Shown here: one piece after another, positions 10,601 to 17,036 of the stretch | How positions within the stretch are numbered: position 1 is the stretch's first letter | Layout: each line of letters opens with the position of its first letter | Source: Parcubacteria group bacterium | Lineage (GTDB): Bacteria > Patescibacteriota > Minisyncoccia > Phycocordibacterales > WO2-35-19 | Assembly (NCBI GenBank): GCA_012514175.1 | Contig: JAAZAU010000008.1 | Span: forward strand, 977 to 64,976 | Length of the DNA: 64,000 nucleotides | Direction: 5' to 3' | The notes under the pieces: model-generated | Told to the model about the DNA's origin: nothing | The model's database searches: none | What the model saw: the letters and a program-made list of their open reading frames with translations, nothing else | Made by a program: the position numbers and the translations under genes

Positions 10601-11214
10601 TAATCTGGGTTTGCTTGTTCTCTCACCCAAACCTTACTGGTGCCTGTTGTCACAACTTTTGCACTTCCAGTTTTAAATGTAACCCAATTACCGCCTGCTT
10701 CAGCAATATTATCTCCAGGATTTTTTGTCCCATCTGGAGCCCATTCAAAAGTCCAAGAAGGTTCAATACGACAATTTGGATGCTTGTCTACAAAATCCTG
10801 AGCTGTGTTTTTATCAATCTTTGATTGTGAATTTCCATCACCCCAGTTTGGAAGATCGGTTTCAGATTCACAAATTATTTTTGTAGCATAGATTGTGGCA
10901 AGTTTTGAAGCATTGTTTTCACACCACCTATTACCATCTTTTGTTGGTTTGCCCTTTTTATCTAATGGTCCACTGTAAATAAAATCTCCGTGTGCTTCAT
11001 GAGCATCCCAAGCATTTTTGCTTATATTTATCGCTTCCCAAGGTTTCCTTTCGGAACCAGTAGCGTGACAAATATTTATTTTTTTATCATTATCAGGTTG
11101 AACTGCCAAAGCTACAGCTGGCACAAAAACTGCTCCCTGAAAAACGAGCATAGACAGAGACAAGAAAATAGATGTGAACTTCAAAAATCTTGTCTTGGAA
11201 GTTATGATTTTCAT
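7684..11214 (-). CDS. Large secreted multidomain surface/adhesin-like protein (DUF11-type repeat, Cna-B-like fold, jelly-roll/PA14-like region, acidic low-complexity linker, C-terminal PG_binding_1-like domain)
   Basis: Start moved to ATG 11214 (MKIITSK..., signal/TM). DUF11-like segment VITDVIPEGLTFVSADNGG...VVWNLG. Cna-B-like segment PLGTYNVDEIMQSGWE. C-terminal peptidoglycan-binding-like segment LQIFLNQ...GFYGPITQDMVNKFQ. Confidence 0.8.
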   Translation of the reverse strand: MKIITSKTRFLKFTSIFLSLSMLVFQGAVFVPAVALAVQPDNDKKINICHATGSERKPWEAINISKNAWDAHEAHGDFIYSGPLDKKGKPTKDGNRWCENNASKLATIYATKIICESETDLPNWGDGNSQSKIDKNTAQDFVDKHPNCRIEPSWTFEWAPDGTKNPGDNIAEAGGNWVTFKTGSAKVVTTGTSKVWVREQANPDYIPFTGDTNPSDGWQDESAEMYCHTDIFNYDNYDRVENMKARKDYYCVAFNVKKEVQPDSATVKICKTDEQQNPLSNWTMMLLGDKIETVNVLPDGKNYSTTNSLEVGPYVLLAKGSYIYRPNNPTASTSDAAYSLRLPTDPIYLAVKADSSLSDQHQFLPWVKVNNFSPSRVGWLGIQVNESYTDWGSIFNPLHVYAHATSTNEAGQFSFRILDDIYGDNSGSINVEVYSGYAGLTDESGCVTFTDVPLGTYNVDEIMQSGWEGVSGLGSVVVDEANETFSVVNRDTANICTPSSGNIVSDEETMVASVRVGDDPAVESNFNAKLVTKISEIQTLGETVWDADVEDADAKWVWSEDPYDADWQTDKWVTFSRDFEIDAKNGTLTGNLKIATDNSYTIWVNEELVGGDSTEDNHSVADSWDVSSYLKDGSNNLKIEVRNWAGSNLAQEQNPGGLLYNLSWIVTCDNGEVPPPVVDGRVSLEKSGEYNTENGEITFKIDWEVLDGPVTDFVITDVIPEGLTFVSADNGGTLNENSVVWNLGNTGIGNGTISFVASLDAFTNNPNLKWASDVLENNQGKRKDGLNVLVDRSNPEYALGAAQTLGEEWDSNADNSLNNTFFSLGFGGSIVLTFDGTIFNGDGADLKVYETTFAGNPNYPIERVHVDGWDADKGEWVSLGDLNKDGAIDFGSNLRYTTAIKLTDISNVNLFGKADDGYDVDAVEAYNILPSLCGVDNTASFTAKTNGKDLEGSADTNVVVNQYCDKPDYSGESTTPPNGDDQEDQEEGDGSSDITPPNGDGQEEGDTSNENENGNGNEENGSSNNNDQPTSNQSSGSGRRHGVRSFWGGSVSGNSSGSIGEVLGASTDGSLMCEPYLKTYIKAGAKNDPEEVKKLQIFLNQFFEVNNPVTGFYGPITQDMVNKFQTHQEAAVLTPWSIAGLPTNGPTGYVYKTTQRWINILKCPELITSTPVPPLP
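8150..8300 (-). repeat. Imperfect in-frame tandem repeat encoding an acidic Gly/Asn/Asp/Glu-rich linker
   Basis: Two units of roughly 60 nt (tcaccatttggaggagt... / tctccatttggtggagt...) encode PPNGD(G)QE(D)... within the adhesin gene. Confidence 0.6.
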
Positions 11215-11430
11215 ATACGATATAAGATTATTAATAAATTGATTAATAAAACTAAAAACCAAAATTATACACTAATAACTTATATTATATACTTTTTAAA
11301 ATACATTGTCAACAACACAATTTATAGACAATGACCACAAAAAACGTCCAAAAATAGACTTAAATTGGGTGTTTTCTTTCGGGGTTGCCGAGCGGAGCGA
11401 GGCGATTCATTCAGCGATTTTGGAAATAGG

Positions 11431-11503
11431 TGCGCGATAGAGGACTTGAACCTCTGACCCTCTCAACGTCAATGAGATGCTCTACCAACTGAGCTAACCG
11501 CGC
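11431..11503 (-). tRNA. tRNA-Val (anticodon GAC)
   Basis: Manual cloverleaf: acceptor GCGCGGU/AUCGCGC, D-stem GCUC/GAGC, anticodon stem UCUCA/UGAGA with loop UUGACGU, T-arm AGAGG-UUCAAGU-CCUCU. No encoded CCA. Confidence 0.8.
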
Positions 11504-11652
11504 AATTTTACTATTAAGATAACATGTTACTGAAAAAAAATCACCTTTGTGCAGATAATTTTTCAGTATTTTATAAAATAGGTTAAAAAAGAAATCAGCA
11601 AAATTAAACTAGCTTTCAGAACTAATTTAAGTTTTTAAATTTGAGTAATAAA

Positions 11653-12060
11653 TTATTCATAATTACCCTCGGCTTCAGGTTGATGTAAAATTTTCTCCAC
11701 TTTAAGTTTTTTCTTACCACCAGGAATATCAACTTCAATCAAATCACCTATTTTGTAACCCAACAAAGCGCAACCAATTGGAGAAAAGATTGATATTTTT
11801 TTCTGAGTAATATCGGCATCTTCAGGAAAAACCAACCAATATTCCAATTGGTTTCCTGATTGAGTATCGGAAAAAATGACTAATGAATTCATAGTTATAA
11901 CATCATTAGGAATTTCTTGAGACGCCACTATTGTCGCTCTACCTAATTCTGCCAACAAATTTTTGTCATGCTCATCGTAGCTTGATTTTTCGTTTATCAA
12001 ACTCATCAGTTTTTCATAATCGTTTTTTGTAATATAAATAGTATTCATAACCACAAACAA
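11653..12060 (-). CDS. GreA/GreB-family protein, short form (Rnk-like regulator of nucleoside diphosphate kinase)
   Basis: The C-terminal FKBP-like GreA domain motif SxxSPIGxALLGxxxGDxIEV..PGG is present. The 135-aa size matches Rnk rather than full GreA. Confidence 0.7.
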   Translation of the reverse strand: MFVVMNTIYITKNDYEKLMSLINEKSSYDEHDKNLLAELGRATIVASQEIPNDVITMNSLVIFSDTQSGNQLEYWLVFPEDADITQKKISIFSPIGCALLGYKIGDLIEVDIPGGKKKLKVEKILHQPEAEGNYE

Positions 12061-12149
12061 AAACCTTATACGAGCAAAAACCGCTATTTGGTTTAGCTCT
12101 AGTAATTACTATTCTAATATAAAAAAATAATAAAGCAAAAATACAAAAT

Positions 12150-12189
12150 AGCAATAAATAAAAAAGCGGCACCTCGTTTGGCACCGCTT
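12150..12189 (-). terminator. Rho-independent terminator of paralog 1
   Basis: On the minus-strand RNA: AAGCGGUGCC-AAACGA-GGUGCCGCUU (10-bp stem with two G-U pairs) followed by UUUUUUAUUUAUU. Confidence 0.6.
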
Positions 12190-12209
12190 AATGTGGCAAA
12201 AATGCACCA

Positions 12210-12674
12210 CTATTCTATTATAGGATAAGCAGAAAGAGTTTTCTGCATTTCCTCAAGAATCCTAATAACCTCAGAGGAACCGTTGGTTGCTTCTGTAGTT
12301 GCCTTCAGTTTAGCCACACTGTCCAACGTCTGTTGGTATGTATGACCAAACTTTTTGGCGTTACGCTCTTCATACTCCAAACACTTTTTCAGTTTGTCTA
12401 GAGTGGCAATGAGATTATCTGACGCACAATCAGACAACGTCAAGCCAAGACCTTCAAGTGTAGACACCATCTCCCGCACAGTTATACCGCCGGGGAAAAA
12501 TCCTTCCAAAGCTTCAATCATTGAATCTTTTGGTTTTGAGGCTTTGGAAGCTGAAAACCACTTATCCTCTATTTTTATGAGAACATTATATGCGTGAGGA
12601 TAAGAATATTCGCTTCGGCGACTCAAAAACAACTCTCCGTCACCAACAAAATGAGACGGTGGTTCTGTTTTCAT
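12210..12674 (-). CDS. Hypothetical protein, paralog 1 of a duplicated pair
   Basis: Start set at MKTEPP, preceded by SD aagggagga. Shares the core ...KWF(S/A)AS...MIEAL...GLTLSDCASD.L..TLDKLKKCLEYEERNAKK with 13255-13710. No known domain recognised. Confidence 0.6.
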   Translation of the reverse strand: MKTEPPSHFVGDGELFLSRRSEYSYPHAYNVLIKIEDKWFSASKASKPKDSMIEALEGFFPGGITVREMVSTLEGLGLTLSDCASDNLIATLDKLKKCLEYEERNAKKFGHTYQQTLDSVAKLKATTEATNGSSEVIRILEEMQKTLSAYPIIE

Positions 12675-12751
12675 AACATCCTCCCTTACCATCAGTGTGG
12701 TTATATTGCAGTTTATAAAAGAACTGACAACCTGCATTACTATACATTCAT

Positions 12752-12783
12752 TAAATTTTTTGTCGAGCATTTTTTGTGGTATT
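12752..12783 (-). promoter_or_regulatory. Conserved about-30-nt leader motif (ctcgacaaaaaatttaatgaatgtatagt) upstream of paralog 1
   Basis: Near-identical copies lie upstream of paralog 2 (13771-13798). A partial copy lies at 18734-18752 at the edge of repeat B. The motif is non-coding once SD-supported starts are used. Confidence 0.45.
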
Positions 12784-12869
12784 GCAAACATCATCTAATA
12801 AAACAAAAGAAATTAACCCGTTTGACTCGCAAGTTCAAATATGCTGTCATATTAAGCAGGAGGTGTAGG

Positions 12870-13118
12870 ATGAAATACTTGTTTTTTGGTTTGCTAATTT
12901 CCGCGGTTTTTTTGTTTTTTGGAGCGTTGGCCTTGCTGGTATTCGCTTTCAAATTGATGCAAACTATGCCACCAGAGTTGTTAATTTTGCTTGTGGCATA
13001 CATTATGATGAGAATATCAATTTTGCTCGTGTTCACTAGCATGGTTGTCGGGCTACTAATACCAATTAGGCAAGCCATCATTCAATGGGGAACCAAAAAT
13101 GCCATTGAGGAAAAATAA
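12870..13118 (+). CDS. Small two-TM membrane protein
   Basis: SD aggagg at 12858-12863, ATG 12870. 82 aa with two hydrophobic helices. Followed by a terminator. Confidence 0.5.
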   Translation: MKYLFFGLLISAVFLFFGALALLVFAFKLMQTMPPELLILLVAYIMMRISILLVFTSMVVGLLIPIRQAIIQWGTKNAIEEK

Positions 13119-13133
13119 TCCCGCTTTCTAACG

Positions 13134-13158
13134 AGACCCGTAGGAGGCGGGTCTTTTG
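13134..13158 (+). terminator. Rho-independent terminator
   Basis: agacccg-tagga-ggcgggtct followed by tttg/t-rich sequence. Confidence 0.6.
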
Positions 13159-13169
13159 TTTACATTTAC

Positions 13170-13213
13170 TAAAAACAAAAAAACAAAAAAAGCGGCACCT
13201 TGTTTGGTGCCGC
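13170..13213 (-). terminator. Rho-independent terminator of paralog 2
   Basis: Perfect 9-bp stem agcggcacc/ggtgccgct. On the minus strand it is followed by a long T-run. Confidence 0.7.
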
Positions 13214-13254
13214 TCGGTGCGACTGGTTGAAAACTTAAACTCCTTCCCCACCAT

Positions 13255-13710
13255 CTACAAATTACGAGACTTTACTGGATAAACCGAAAGAGTTTTTTGC
13301 ATCTCGTCTAGCAACTCAATGATTTCCGTAGGACCGCCTATGGCCGCTTCTTTCAATTTAACGAGATGAAACAGGATTAGTCGGTGCACATAACCGACTT
13401 TTTTAGCGTTACGTTCTTCATACTCCAGACACTTTTTTAATTTGTCCAAAGTGTCTGAAAGATCATCTGACGCGCAATCAGACAACGTTAAGCCCAGAGC
13501 GCAAAGCCCGCGTTCCAAAGAACAAATAGAACGACCGTAAGCTTCAACCAAGGCTTCAATCATTGAAACTTTTGGTTCGGAGCAATAGCTAGCCGCGAAC
13601 CACTTGTCCCCCATTTTGATAATAAAGGGAACATGAAATGAATAAAAAGGCCAAGACGTAGTCCTGCTACCTAAAAACAGTTGGCCGTCACCAGCATATC
13701 GTGTTTTCAT
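13255..13710 (-). CDS. Hypothetical protein, paralog 2 of a duplicated pair
   Basis: Start set at MKTRYAGDG, preceded by SD aaggagg. About 50% amino-acid identity to paralog 1, with a near-identical nucleotide stretch across the LTLSDCASD...EYEERNAKK core. Confidence 0.6.
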   Translation of the reverse strand: MKTRYAGDGQLFLGSRTTSWPFYSFHVPFIIKMGDKWFAASYCSEPKVSMIEALVEAYGRSICSLERGLCALGLTLSDCASDDLSDTLDKLKKCLEYEERNAKKVGYVHRLILFHLVKLKEAAIGGPTEIIELLDEMQKTLSVYPVKSRNL

Positions 13711-13779
13711 ATTGCCTCCTTGTGCCACTGGCACCGCATTGGAATTGTGTAAAAGAACTAATACCTTGCACTATACATT

Positions 13780-14020
13780 CATTAAATTTTTTGTCGAGTT
13801 TGAATATTATAAAATAAAAAGCCCCGCCTGTAATAGCGCGGGGCTTAGAGAAAGCGGAGTTAGGTTCTTATTCTCCAACTAAACCCTTCTTCCTTGAGGG
13901 TGAGTTGGAATTACCCTTTTAGGGAGCCTACTTAGGCCCCACTCTGGCTTTCTCGGACTGGCTTTACATCTCCCAACCATCGTGGTTGGGAGAGTTGGGC
14001 GAGAATATCACTTCCACCAA
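13780..14020 (-). repeat. Repeat copy A (about 241 bp; contains terminator-like hairpin, TATAAT, and three further conserved hairpins)
   Basis: About 95% identical to 18734-18970. Hairpins: gccccgcc...ggcggggc, tccaact...agttgga, ctcccaacc-atcgt-ggttgggag. Confidence 0.8.
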
Positions 14021-14331
14021 TTTACTATGAAAATTAAATTTCAGGATAAACTCAAACGATTTAACAAATTTCAGAAAACTGTACTGGGGTTGAATGAACC
14101 TAAAGTCATCCATGAAGGTACTGACCTAAAAGTCTGCGCCAAGTATATTTTGAAGGAAGGTTCGAACAAAGAAAAAAGGGAAATTATGGAGTATCTCAAG
14201 TTGAAAATAAAAATTTCCAAAGAATTTGTAAAAATTACAAACAGTTAACAATAATGAATAAATACTTATTATTGTGTCTAGACAGAGCATGCGCTCTACT
14301 GTTGTTTGAAACTCAATCAAGGAGGCCCAAA

Positions 14332-14523
14332 ATGGCTAAACCGAGAAATCCAAAAAAGGATATAACCAGCATCCGGCTCTGCGGTGTTCGAGGCTGCTGT
14401 CCTGTTGTGGAGGTCCATCACGGATACAACAAAATCGTCATTACTGATGATGACGGTGGTAAAGTTACGCTTACCAAGGAGCAGTGGCGGGAAGCGCTTA
14501 CTAAAGTCAATATTGATGACTAG
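14332..14523 (+). CDS. Small Cys-rich peptide (63 aa), candidate precursor/substrate of the adjacent radical SAM enzyme
   Basis: SD caaggagg 14318-14325, ATG 14332. Sequence MAKPRNPKKDITSIRLCGVRGCCPVVEVHHGYNK...; stop 14521-14523. Sits 80 nt upstream of the rSAM gene. Confidence 0.5.
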   Translation: MAKPRNPKKDITSIRLCGVRGCCPVVEVHHGYNKIVITDDDGGKVTLTKEQWREALTKVNIDD

Positions 14524-14603
14524 AGTCATCACAGAATCAACACTCCAACCCCTGCGCCGTAACAGACGCAGGGGTTTCCTTTCATTTGTTAAAGGAGAAA
14601 ACC

Positions 14604-16133
14604 ATGACAGATCTACATAACGCTTTGTATTGGTTCCTGTCGCGAACAAACCAGATCACTTGGAGAGCAAAACAATTTTACGCTTCTTGTTTTCTGCAAG
14701 TTTTCCGCAGAAATGGATTGGTGGCGCTTGTTCACCAACTTCACCCGGAACCAGTATATGTTTCGGAACGCACCTGGGCTGATATTCCCAAGAAAGTTAT
14801 CACGGGAACACCATCTGGAAAAATGGACGATCTTGTCCAAGAGCTTATCTCTCGCAAGGTATTCATCAGCAATCCCAACACCGATCTGCAAGAATTAAAT
14901 AATGCGCGTAAACGCACTTTGCAGATGATTAATCGTCCGACCATCCTATATCTTATGATGGCTCAAGGTTGCAACTTTGCTTGCAACTATTGTCCCATTC
15001 CAGATCTCGCCAAACAATATGGTGAGCACCTGTTATCTTTTGAAGATGCTATCGCTGGTATTAAACTCTGGCGGAAGCACATAGAAGAACAGCCACAAGA
15101 TAATAGTCCATACTTTCTAATCTTTTACGGGGGTGAGCCCTTGTTAAATCGGGAAGTGTTGGAAAAGTTACTGCCCCACATAGCCAAGGAAAAAAATGCT
15201 GGACATCTTCCTGCAAAGCTCGAACTTATGCTTTGTACCAATGGGTCTTTGGTGGACGCTGAACTTTCAAAGTTGCTAGCCCGTTACAAGGTTGTGGTAG
15301 CAATAGGTATAGATGGTCCGCAGAAACACAACGATCTCGTTCGTACAACCACCAGTGGCAGTTCTACTTTTACAAGGATCGAGCATTCGGTGAGACAACT
15401 TGTGAGCGATGGTGTTCGTGTCGTGGCCTCAGTGACTATCACTCCAGCAAATGTCAATGAAATTGATCAGTATCCACGCTTTTTGCAAAAACTAGGTTTC
15501 TCTCAATTTGGTTTTAACCTGATGAAGGGAAAAGTTTTGGTACAGCAGCTTGCCGGACAAAGCATGGAAAACTATTGTCGTGCTGCGGTTCGAGGTGTTT
15601 TGCAAGGGCTCGAAGACATTACTGCAGAGGGACAATGTTACGAGTATCAACTGGAAAAAAAATTGGTCGCTGTACGCAACGGTCTACCGTTTTCAGTTGA
15701 TTGCACTTGTTACGGTAATCAGTTGGTTATTCAAGCAGATGGACAGGTAAGCAACTGTCCATTTCTCCGATTCGACCAAGGACAAGTTAGGGAACTTCCT
15801 GATTCATTCAGGATTAGACAGACCAAAGCAGTAGAGACGTGGAGGCGCCGCCTGCCAATTCTCAATGCTTCAGTTAAAGTTGATGGCCACAAAGATATAT
15901 TCAGCGGTGGTGGATGTGCCCGAAGTTCTTTTGACCTCTATGGTGATATTGAAGCCGAAGACACCGCAAATACTATCTTCACAAAGGAGATAACACATGA
16001 ACTCATCTGGACACTCCTGCCTGGAGAACAAGCCAATGCTATTCGCCAAGAAAAAACCACTCATTGGAGTTATCGGCGGGTCAGGAATCTGTCAGTTACC
16101 GGAACTTGTGATTTCCGAAAACGTCGAAACTAA
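14604..16133 (+). CDS. Radical SAM enzyme with C-terminal SPASM/twitch auxiliary-cluster domain (peptide-modifying or anSME-like maturase)
   Basis: SD aaaggag, ATG 14604 (track start 14586 is TTG). Radical SAM motif CNFACNYCP (CxxxCxxC). C-terminal Cys pattern CTCYG...NCPF...GGGC. About 110-aa N-terminal extension before the core. Confidence 0.85.
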   Translation: MTDLHNALYWFLSRTNQITWRAKQFYASCFLQVFRRNGLVALVHQLHPEPVYVSERTWADIPKKVITGTPSGKMDDLVQELISRKVFISNPNTDLQELNNARKRTLQMINRPTILYLMMAQGCNFACNYCPIPDLAKQYGEHLLSFEDAIAGIKLWRKHIEEQPQDNSPYFLIFYGGEPLLNREVLEKLLPHIAKEKNAGHLPAKLELMLCTNGSLVDAELSKLLARYKVVVAIGIDGPQKHNDLVRTTTSGSSTFTRIEHSVRQLVSDGVRVVASVTITPANVNEIDQYPRFLQKLGFSQFGFNLMKGKVLVQQLAGQSMENYCRAAVRGVLQGLEDITAEGQCYEYQLEKKLVAVRNGLPFSVDCTCYGNQLVIQADGQVSNCPFLRFDQGQVRELPDSFRIRQTKAVETWRRRLPILNASVKVDGHKDIFSGGGCARSSFDLYGDIEAEDTANTIFTKEITHELIWTLLPGEQANAIRQEKTTHWSYRRVRNLSVTGTCDFRKRRN

Positions 16134-16875
16134 AACTCCTTACGGCAAACCATCCGGAATCATCAGAGTGGGAGAACTGTGCGGCGAAAGAGTTGCTTTC
16201 TTGCCAAGACATGGCGAGGATCATACCATTCCACCTCACAAAGTACCATACAAAGCAAACCTCTCTGCTCTGAAATCAATCGGTGTGCGACACGTAATCG
16301 CCACCTGTGTTGTCGGAAGCTTGCGGAAAGAAATTAGACCTGGTGCGTTTGTTGTCCCGGATCAGTTCATAAACTTTACGTGGGGCCGAGATGACACCTA
16401 CAGAGTTGATCGTCAACTCGTTCACTTACAGATGGCAGAATCATACTGCGAGCATGTACGAAACATTATCTCTCGCGAAATTAAAGCGATGAACGTTAAC
16501 TACCGGATCAAAGGTACAGTAGTTGTTATACAAGGTCCGAGATTTTCTACCGTCGCTGAAAGCAAGATGTTTGCACTTTGGGGAGGAGACATAGTAAATA
16601 TGACTCAATACCCAGAGTGCTTCTTCGCTCGCGAGCTCGGCATATGTTATGGGGTTGTCGCCACAGTAACCGATTACGATGTTGGTGTGCCAAGCTTGAT
16701 TTCAATGCGGACTGAATCCGTGGATGCAGTTCTGAAGGTATTCCACCGCAACACAAAGGCAACCCTATCACTGATTCAAAGGCTCGCTAGTGCCTCCAAA
16801 GAAATAACTGACTGCGTATGCGCAACCAATCGAATTGCCGAGTATTACAAATTGGCAAACATTGATAGTTCTTAA
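16036..16875 (+). CDS. mtnP: 5'-methylthioadenosine/purine nucleoside phosphorylase (MTAP/PNP family)
   Basis: Strong colinearity with MTAP: IGVIGGSG, FLPRHG..HTIPPHKV, VGSLR, VPDQFI, GPRFST.AES, GGDIVNMT.YPE. The ATG at 16036 overlaps the rSAM gene 3' end by about 98 nt. Confidence 0.85.
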   Translation: MLFAKKKPLIGVIGGSGICQLPELVISENVETKTPYGKPSGIIRVGELCGERVAFLPRHGEDHTIPPHKVPYKANLSALKSIGVRHVIATCVVGSLRKEIRPGAFVVPDQFINFTWGRDDTYRVDRQLVHLQMAESYCEHVRNIISREIKAMNVNYRIKGTVVVIQGPRFSTVAESKMFALWGGDIVNMTQYPECFFARELGICYGVVATVTDYDVGVPSLISMRTESVDAVLKVFHRNTKATLSLIQRLASASKEITDCVCATNRIAEYYKLANIDSS

Positions 16876-16912
16876 TGACCCTCGTGTTTTTGACACGAGG
16901 GTCATCTTTTTT
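16876..16912 (+). terminator. Rho-independent terminator after MTAP gene
   Basis: gaccctcgtg-tttttga-cacgagggtc followed by tcttttttc. Confidence 0.75.
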
Positions 16913-16916
16913 CAAA

Positions 16917-16945
16917 TTGACATTATATAAAAATTCTGTTAAATA
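16917..16945 (+). promoter_or_regulatory. Putative sigma70-type promoter of the ABC-F gene
   Basis: TTGACA at 16917-16922, 17-nt spacer, TAAATA at 16940-16945. A roughly 90-nt leader follows, containing a 5-codon uORF (ATG 17001-TAA 17018). Confidence 0.45.
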
Positions 16946-17036
16946 CAATAAGAGTCCTGGTGTTTCTAACATCAAGAAACGGTACTTTGACGTTTCCTGG
17001 ATGAAGAATCTAGGATAAAATAGGAGAAATATAGAT

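Noticed and set aside
11330-11430. GC-richer stretch (ggggttgccgagcggagcgaggcg) just upstream of tRNA-Val as a second tRNA or ncRNA
   Set aside because: It cannot be folded into a cloverleaf. Likely just the tRNA promoter or leader region.
12675-12794. N-terminal extension MMFAIPQKMLDKKFNECIVMQ... of paralog 1 as called by the track
   Set aside because: The SD-supported start is the internal MKTEPP (12674). The homologous DNA upstream of paralog 2 is frame-shifted and lacks a start, so this stretch is a conserved non-coding leader, not coding sequence.
12594-13118. 174-aa plus-strand ORF spanning paralog 1 antisense and the small membrane gene
   Set aside because: Only the 3' part (12870-13118) has an SD and membrane-protein character. 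The 5' part is antisense to the paralog 1 coding region.
13982-14248. ORFs beginning MVGRVGREYHFHQF at 13982 and MGPTLAFS... at 18881 on the plus strand of the two repeats
   Set aside because: The shared N-terminus is simply the plus-strand reading of the repeat element (hairpin-rich), with no SD. Only the AT-rich part 14027-14248 (MKIKFQDK..., 74 aa) could conceivably be a real small gene. I left it unannotated because there is no RBS.
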